Made by a program: the position numbers and the translations under genes. Shown piece after piece: positions 58,466 through 64,000 of a stretch of 64,000 nt of DNA (position 1 is its first letter; the number at the start of each line of letters is the position of its first letter). The DNA is from Candidatus Eiseniibacteriota bacterium (GTDB taxonomy: Bacteria; Eisenbacteria; RBG-16-71-46), in contig CAVUWA010000002.1 of assembly GCA_963744995.1 (NCBI GenBank), positions 960,001 through 1,024,000 on the forward strand, given 5' to 3'. The notes below the pieces were generated by a model that saw only the letters and a program-made list of their open reading frames with translations, did not search any database and was not told the DNA's origin.

Positions 58466-59551
58466 TCAGGCTCTGGCGCCCGGCACCTGCGCCTCGCTCA
58501 GCGCCTCGATCACCAGGTCTCCGATCGCGCTCGTCGACAGCCCGGAATCCGAGCCCACCGAAGGAATTCGCTTCGAGCGCAGCAGCCCGGCCACGGCATC
58601 TTCGATCCGCGCGGCGCCGCGTGTCTCGCCGACGTAGTCGAGCATCATCTGCACGGCGAGCATGGTCGCGATCGGGTTCGCCACGTTCTTGCCCGCGTAC
58701 TTGGGCGCCGAACCGTGGATCGGTTCGAACAGGCTCACGCGGCCCGGATGCAGGTTGCCCGAGGCCGCGACACCCATGCCGCCCTGAATCATCGCCGCCA
58801 GGTCGGTGAGGATGTCGCCGAACATGTTGCTGGTCACGACGGTGTCGAACCATTCGGGGTTCTTCACGCACCACATGCACGCCGCGTCGACGTAGGCGTG
58901 CTCGCGCGCGATGTCGGGATACTCCGCACCGACTTCCTCAAACGTGCGGGTCCAGAGGCTCATCGCCCGTACGGCGTTCGCCTTGTCCACCATCGTCAGC
59001 TTCTTCCCCTTGCCACGGCGGCGTGCGAGGTCGAAGGCGTAGCGGATCACCCGTTCGGTGCCCTTGCGCGTGAAGATCATCTGCTGGGTCGCGACCTCGT
59101 CCGGCGTGCCCTGCTTGAAGTGCCCGTAGGCGCCCGCGTAGGCGTCCTCCGTGTTTTCGCGGATCACCACGAAGTCCACGTCGTCCGGGGTCTTGTCCTT
59201 GAGCGGGCACAGGTGCGCGGCGTAGAGCTTCACCGGCCGCAGGTTCACGTACAGATCGAGCTGGAAGCGCATGCGGGCGATGATGCCGAACTCGAGGTAT
59301 CCGACCGGAATGCGCGGATCGCCGATCGCCCCGAGCAGGATCGCGTCCTGCTGCTTCACCTCCTCGAAGGCGCTGTCGGGGAACACTTCCTGCGTCTTCA
59401 GGTAGTGCTCCGCGCCGAACGGATACGACGTCGTCTTCACGGTGAAGCCTTCGATCGCGGCCACACGCTCGAGGACACGGAGGCCCTCGCGCGTCACCTC
59501 CGGCCCGATGCCGTCCCCCGCGATCACTGCCACCTGGTATGACCTGGACAC
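58466..59551 (-). CDS. leuB: 3-isopropylmalate dehydrogenase-family beta-decarboxylating dehydrogenase
   Basis: [46 protein letters not shown] start after GGAG. Confidence 0.82.
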   Translation of the reverse strand: MSRSYQVAVIAGDGIGPEVTREGLRVLERVAAIEGFTVKTTSYPFGAEHYLKTQEVFPDSAFEEVKQQDAILLGAIGDPRIPVGYLEFGIIARMRFQLDLYVNLRPVKLYAAHLCPLKDKTPDDVDFVVIRENTEDAYAGAYGHFKQGTPDEVATQQMIFTRKGTERVIRYAFDLARRRGKGKKLTMVDKANAVRAMSLWTRTFEEVGAEYPDIAREHAYVDAACMWCVKNPEWFDTVVTSNMFGDILTDLAAMIQGGMGVAASGNLHPGRVSLFEPIHGSAPKYAGKNVANPIATMLAVQMMLDYVGETRGAARIEDAVAGLLRSKRIPSVGSDSGLSTSAIGDLVIEALSEAQVPGARA

Positions 59552-59600
59552 GCCAGACTCCTTTCCAAAAGCCACGTGGCCGCACGCGGCGGCCGGAACC

Positions 59601-60701
59601 TCAGGGTTGCGCTTGTTCGTAGCGGACCGTGACCCAGACCGGCTGCGCCTCGCCGTGCAGCATGGCCGGAGTGTATTGCCATTCGAGCAGCGAACGGATC
59701 ACCGCTTCGAGCCACGGTTCCGGAACCGAGCCGACCGGCAGCCACGGCAGGTCGTTGAGCACCGGGTGGCCCTTCGTGTCGAGGAACACGCTCATCATCA
59801 GCGGCGGCGGGACCTTCTCCATGTGCAGGTCGGACGGGAAATCCGGCTCGACCTTGCGCACGAGTTTCGCCGGGACCTCCATCTGCCTGAACTGCTCGAG
59901 CTTCGGCGCGTCGGGACTCGTCAGCTCGGCCACGCGCCGCAGCCCGAAGAAGAACTGGGCGGGCAGCGTATCGGGCTTGACCGGCAGCCGGCATCGCACG
60001 AGTGCGACGGCGGGCTCGGTCCACGAGGTGTCGCGGCGCAGCGCTTCGCGGAACGCCCGCTCGGCCGCAGGCCGATGTCCCTGCTGCCAGGCGAGCACGC
60101 CGGCGAGGTAGGCAGGCTCGGGCAACATCGGGTCGAGCTCGGCCGCGTGCAGGGCGTCGCGCAGCGCCTGGCCCGGCTGTCCTGCGTGTGCCTCGCAGGT
60201 CGCGAGCAGGTGCCATTCCTTGCCCGAGAGCGGCTGCGCCTCCACCGCCGTCCGTGCCGCGCTCAGGGCCTCCTCCCAGCGGCCGAGCCGCGCCGCGACC
60301 TCCGCGCGCGCGCGCGCGATGGTCCAGTGCCAGCCGGTGAACCTGCCGTCGAGCCAGCTGCCCTCGCGTCCCCAGAAATAGGGGACGCGGCGCTCCAGCG
60401 GCAGGGTGTCGAGTATCGCCGCGGTCATCAGCGGGCTCCAGAGTCGCACGGCCGCGGAATCCAGCCGGCCGATGCGCGCCTCGTTGAGTGCGATCGCCAG
60501 ATCCAGATCCGCGTCGGGCGCAGTGCGTGCACGCAGCGCCTTCATGAGATCCAGCGCACGCCCGTATGCGCCAAGGTCCTCCATGTCGCGGGCGCTGCTC
60601 GCGCGATCCTGGAGCGCCTGCGGCGGCGCCTGCGCGGCCGCAGGGCCGGCGGCGAGCGCGAGGGCCATGAACAGGCCGGCGAAAGCGGACGAGCGTCTCA
60701 T
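59601..60701 (-). CDS. Exported TPR protein with TonB C-terminal-like domain
   Basis: Signal peptide AAA; TPR helices; C-terminal PAKLVRKVEPDFP...DTKG...WQYTPAMLHGEAQPVWVTV; ATGA overlap with upstream stop. Confidence 0.7.
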   Translation of the reverse strand: MRRSSAFAGLFMALALAAGPAAAQAPPQALQDRASSARDMEDLGAYGRALDLMKALRARTAPDADLDLAIALNEARIGRLDSAAVRLWSPLMTAAILDTLPLERRVPYFWGREGSWLDGRFTGWHWTIARARAEVAARLGRWEEALSAARTAVEAQPLSGKEWHLLATCEAHAGQPGQALRDALHAAELDPMLPEPAYLAGVLAWQQGHRPAAERAFREALRRDTSWTEPAVALVRCRLPVKPDTLPAQFFFGLRRVAELTSPDAPKLEQFRQMEVPAKLVRKVEPDFPSDLHMEKVPPPLMMSVFLDTKGHPVLNDLPWLPVGSVPEPWLEAVIRSLLEWQYTPAMLHGEAQPVWVTVRYEQAQP

Positions 60702-61942
60702 CCCGAGATGCGGGTTTCGTCGAGCGCGTCGAGGACGCGGCGGATCTCTGCGGGAGTCAGAATCCGGTTCACGCTCTTCGCGCGCTGGAAGACCGCCTTC
60801 ACGCGCTCCGCCGTGGGCTCGATCCCCTGCTGCTCGAGCCAGAAGATCACGTTGCTCTCGCCGCTCATCGGGCCGACTTCGATCTCCTGCCGCCGGCCGA
60901 CCAGGCTCGCGGGCACGCCCGAGTAGACGCGGTCGGCGAGCCAGTCCTCGCCCTTGCGGTAGGCCTTGATCACCGCGGCGGCGTGCACGCCGGTGCCGGT
61001 GCGGAACGCGTCGGCGCCGACCACCGGATAGTTGGGCGGAATCGGCACGCCGGTCGTGCGGCTCGTGAGCGCGCAGTACTCGGGCAGCGCCGACAGATCG
61101 TTGTCGATCCAGCCCAGCAGCCGGAGGTTCACGAGCAGCTGGTCCATGGGCGTGTTGCCGACCCGCTCGCCGATGCCGATCGCGCAGCCGTGCACGCGCG
61201 TCGCGCCGGCACGGATCGCGGCCAGCGTGTTGACGACCGCGAGACCCCTGTCGCAGTGGCCGTGCCAGTCGAGCTCCACGAGCTCGCCGCTCTCGCGCAC
61301 CACGTCCGCCGCGAACCGCACCAGATTGGCGGCACCGGTCGGCGTCGCGTGGCCCACGGTGTCGCAGAGGCAGAGCCGCTTCGCGCCACAGCGGATCGCG
61401 GCGAGGAACAGCCGGCGCAGCGTCTCCGGATGCGCGCGCACCGTGTCTTCGGTGACGTACATCACCGGCAGGCCGTTCTCGACCGCGTAGGTCACCGCCT
61501 CCTCGGTGTGACGCAGCATGACGTCCACGGTCCAGTTCTCGGCGTACTGGCGGATCGGCGAGGAACCGATGAACGTGCACACCTCGATCGGAATCCCGAC
61601 CTTCTGCGACACCTCGATCACCGGAGTGATGTCCTGCCTGAGGGTGCGCGCCGCACAGTTCGCGCGCACGGACAGTTTCGCGTCGCGGATTTCCTGCGCG
61701 AGCCGGGTGACGTCCTGCACGACGTGCGGGCCGGCGCCCGGAAGGCCGATGTCGGCGGTATCGATGCCGAGCTGGTCGATCAGGTGGAGGAGGCGGATCT
61801 TGTCGTCGATCGCCGGGCTCCTGACCGAGGGCGACTGCAGGCCGTCACGCAGAGTCTCGTCGTCGAACTGGACCCGGAAGGGCGGCTTTTCCCAGCGCTC
61901 TCCGGCGAGGTTCCAGTCGTAGATCAGCTCGTTTTCCTGCAT
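60698..61942 (-). CDS. leuA: LeuA-family (DRE-TIM) 2-oxoacid:acetyl-CoA synthase lacking the C-terminal regulatory domain
   Basis: DETLRDGLQ, LCDTVG, HGHCDRGL, GIGERVGN; only ~414 aa; substrate not certain. Confidence 0.78.
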   Translation of the reverse strand: MQENELIYDWNLAGERWEKPPFRVQFDDETLRDGLQSPSVRSPAIDDKIRLLHLIDQLGIDTADIGLPGAGPHVVQDVTRLAQEIRDAKLSVRANCAARTLRQDITPVIEVSQKVGIPIEVCTFIGSSPIRQYAENWTVDVMLRHTEEAVTYAVENGLPVMYVTEDTVRAHPETLRRLFLAAIRCGAKRLCLCDTVGHATPTGAANLVRFAADVVRESGELVELDWHGHCDRGLAVVNTLAAIRAGATRVHGCAIGIGERVGNTPMDQLLVNLRLLGWIDNDLSALPEYCALTSRTTGVPIPPNYPVVGADAFRTGTGVHAAAVIKAYRKGEDWLADRVYSGVPASLVGRRQEIEVGPMSGESNVIFWLEQQGIEPTAERVKAVFQRAKSVNRILTPAEIRRVLDALDETRISG

Positions 61943-62147
61943 GGCGGTCCTCACGGTTGAGAATGGGCCGTCGGACGATCCGGGCGACAAGTAAACCGCC
62001 GCCGGGCCCGCGGGGCAAGCGGCGACGGGCGTCGCCGCAACACGTTCCGTCAAAGGCACGAAAATTGATCATCGGCCGCGGCGGCGCCGCGCGGCAACGG
62101 TTTCGCGCGGCCGGTCGTGCAATCCACCACTCGGACGGTGCATTCCC

Positions 62148-64000
62148 ATGCGGCTTCCCTCGATCCTCGTCACCGTGCTCGCCCTCGCCGGCGCGGCCCC
62201 CGCATTCGCGCAGAACGCTTCGGCGCCCGGCGCGCTCGAGCTCTATCCGACCCTCGAGGCGATCGGGGCGCGGCTCGCCTGCCCGGGCGATGCCGACGCC
62301 GACGCGGTGGCCCATCTGGAGTGGCGTGCCGCCGGGGCGTCCGCGTGGAACACCGGTGTGGCCATGACCCGCATCACGGGGAGCCGCTGGGCAGGGAGCG
62401 TCATGTGGCTTTCGCCCGGCACCGCGTACGAGGTCCGCGCGGTCGTCGACGATCCCGATGGCGGCGGCAGCGCGAGCGCCACGGTCACCACGCGCACGGC
62501 GCCGCTCGCCCCGACCGGCGGCCGGGTCCTGTGGGTGGCCGTGAACGGCAGCGACACGCAGGACGGCTCGAGCGGCACGCCGCTCGCGACCCTGCAGGCC
62601 GCGGCCGATCGTGCGCAGCCCGGTGACCAGATCCGGGTGCGTCCGGGGGTCTACTACCAGACCCTCGACGCAAGCCGTGCCGGCACCGCGGGTGCGCCGA
62701 TCGCGCTGATCGCCGACGGCCCCGGTGTGGTGCTCGACGGCGCCGACCCCGCCTACCTCGCACGCGGCGACTGGGTGAGCGAAGGCGGCGGCGTATGGAG
62801 CGTCCCCTACGCCGGGTCCACGCGGCTGGTCGCCGCCGACGGCGGCGAACGGCTCTACCACCACGCCGACCTCGCGGCGCTCCAGGCGGGCGCGCTCGGC
62901 GTGCCGCAGGGCTGGACGACCGCCGCCGGACGTCTCTACGTGCGGCTCGAGGACGGCGGCTCGCCGGCCGCGCGCACGATGTTCGTGGCGCGCTCGCAGA
63001 CCGGCATCTTCATCGGCGCCTCGTGGTGGCAGGTGCGCGGCTTCGAGGTGCGGCACTTCGGTGTCGCGAGCGGCGGCGCCGGCATCCGCGTGCACGACGG
63101 CACCGGCTGCGTGATCGCGGACAACGCCGTCCATACCATGGGGGGCCGTCCGATCTTCCTCACCGGCGCCTCGTCGGACGCGCTGGTCGAGCGCAACACG
63201 GTCTACGATCCGCGCATCGACACGTGGCCGTGGGCCGCGGTCAAGGCGCACTGGGAGGAGATCACCGGGATCTCCGATCGCGGCGGCCGCGGGCACGTGA
63301 TCCGCGACAACACGGTGACCGGGCTGTTCAACGGCATCGACGGCCGCGACGGCGATACCGACGAGGACGTCGCATCCGACTGCGACATCTACGACAACCT
63401 GCTCACGCGCATCGGCGACGACGCCCTGGAGATCGACGTCGTCTCGGGCATCAACGTGCGGATCTGGAACAACCGGCTCGACGACGTCTACGTCGGCTTC
63501 TCGCTCGCGCCGATCATGCAGGGTCCGACGTACGTGCTCTACAACACCTGCTCGAACGTGCGGCGCAGCGGCTTCAAGTTCTCGCTGCTCAGCACCGGCG
63601 AGGGCTGGATCTGCCACAACACGATCGCCTGCACGCGCAGCCAGACCTCGTCCGTGCATCCGAGCGGCGAGTACTGGAACATGCGCTTCCGCAACAATGT
63701 GCTCACCGGTGTGAGCCGGGCCCCGGTCAACGACGACGCCGGCGAATCGCAGACCGGCAACGATTTCGACCACGACCTGCTGTTCGCGAACGGCGGGACG
63801 CTGTTCCGCTGGCAGGGCGTGAACTACGGCACCCTCGCCGCGCTGCGCAGCGCCACCGGCTTCGAAGCCGGCGGCCGCGCCGGGGATCCGCTGTTCGTGA
63901 ACGCCGCCGCGGGCGACTGGTCGCTCGCCGCGGGCAGCCCGGCGCTGGACGGCGGGATGCGCCTCCCGGGGATCAACGACACCTTCGCCGGCGCCGCGCC
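62148..64000 (+). CDS. Secreted right-handed beta-helix protein (pectate-lyase-like fold), truncated at window end
   Basis: Absent from the ORF track because no stop occurs in the window. ATG 62148: MRLPSILVTVLALAGAAPAFA; FN3-like LSPGTAYEV; WVAVNGSDTQDGS..P.ATLQAAADRAQPGD.I.V.PG.Y; repeated xxNx coils. Confidence 0.85.
   Translation, partial: MRLPSILVTVLALAGAAPAFAQNASAPGALELYPTLEAIGARLACPGDADADAVAHLEWRAAGASAWNTGVAMTRITGSRWAGSVMWLSPGTAYEVRAVVDDPDGGGSASATVTTRTAPLAPTGGRVLWVAVNGSDTQDGSSGTPLATLQAAADRAQPGDQIRVRPGVYYQTLDASRAGTAGAPIALIADGPGVVLDGADPAYLARGDWVSEGGGVWSVPYAGSTRLVAADGGERLYHHADLAALQAGALGVPQGWTTAAGRLYVRLEDGGSPAARTMFVARSQTGIFIGASWWQVRGFEVRHFGVASGGAGIRVHDGTGCVIADNAVHTMGGRPIFLTGASSDALVERNTVYDPRIDTWPWAAVKAHWEEITGISDRGGRGHVIRDNTVTGLFNGIDGRDGDTDEDVASDCDIYDNLLTRIGDDALEIDVVSGINVRIWNNRLDDVYVGFSLAPIMQGPTYVLYNTCSNVRRSGFKFSLLSTGEGWICHNTIACTRSQTSSVHPSGEYWNMRFRNNVLTGVSRAPVNDDAGESQTGNDFDHDLLFANGGTLFRWQGVNYGTLAALRSATGFEAGGRAGDPLFVNAAAGDWSLAAGSPALDGGMRLPGINDTFAGAA

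Overview
High-GC bacterial chromosomal window with no phage, transposase, integrase or CRISPR array. Core content: one complete rRNA operon (tandem P1/P2 promoters, boxA, 16S, tRNA-Ile, tRNA-Ala, 23S, 5S, terminator), tyrS, PBP1A, alr, a nucleoside-salvage cluster (deoB, cdd, deoC, pyrimidine-nucleoside phosphorylase), sppA, a divergent EF-G paralog, yebC-ruvC-ruvA-ruvB-queA, an acyl-CoA carboxylase beta subunit, a LeuA/LeuB-family pair and signalling genes (GAF-PP2C phosphatase, Ser/Thr kinase-STAND ATPase-TPR). It is rich in signal-peptide proteins. Six end in a shared ~80-95 aa Ig-like C-terminal domain (FlgD-Ig / T9SS type-A-like) and one ends in a short TWGGVKALYR tail. This profile suggests an FCB-related candidate lineage such as Eisenbacteria (inference, not tested). 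Most interesting: (1) two adjacent paralogous secreted proteins carrying different C-terminal tags, suggesting interchangeable sorting signals; (2) DeoC with a ~100 aa N-terminal extension resembling a microcompartment encapsulation peptide plus a Cys cluster, with no shell genes in the window; (3) a MazG-DUF1844 in-frame junction; (4) an EF-G paralog with altered GTPase motifs; (5) a TPR/TonB-C-like exported protein coupled inside the leuA-leuB pair. Two single-base frameshifts (mazG, 55016 gene) are probably assembly indels. All family calls come from motif recognition by eye; no searches were run.
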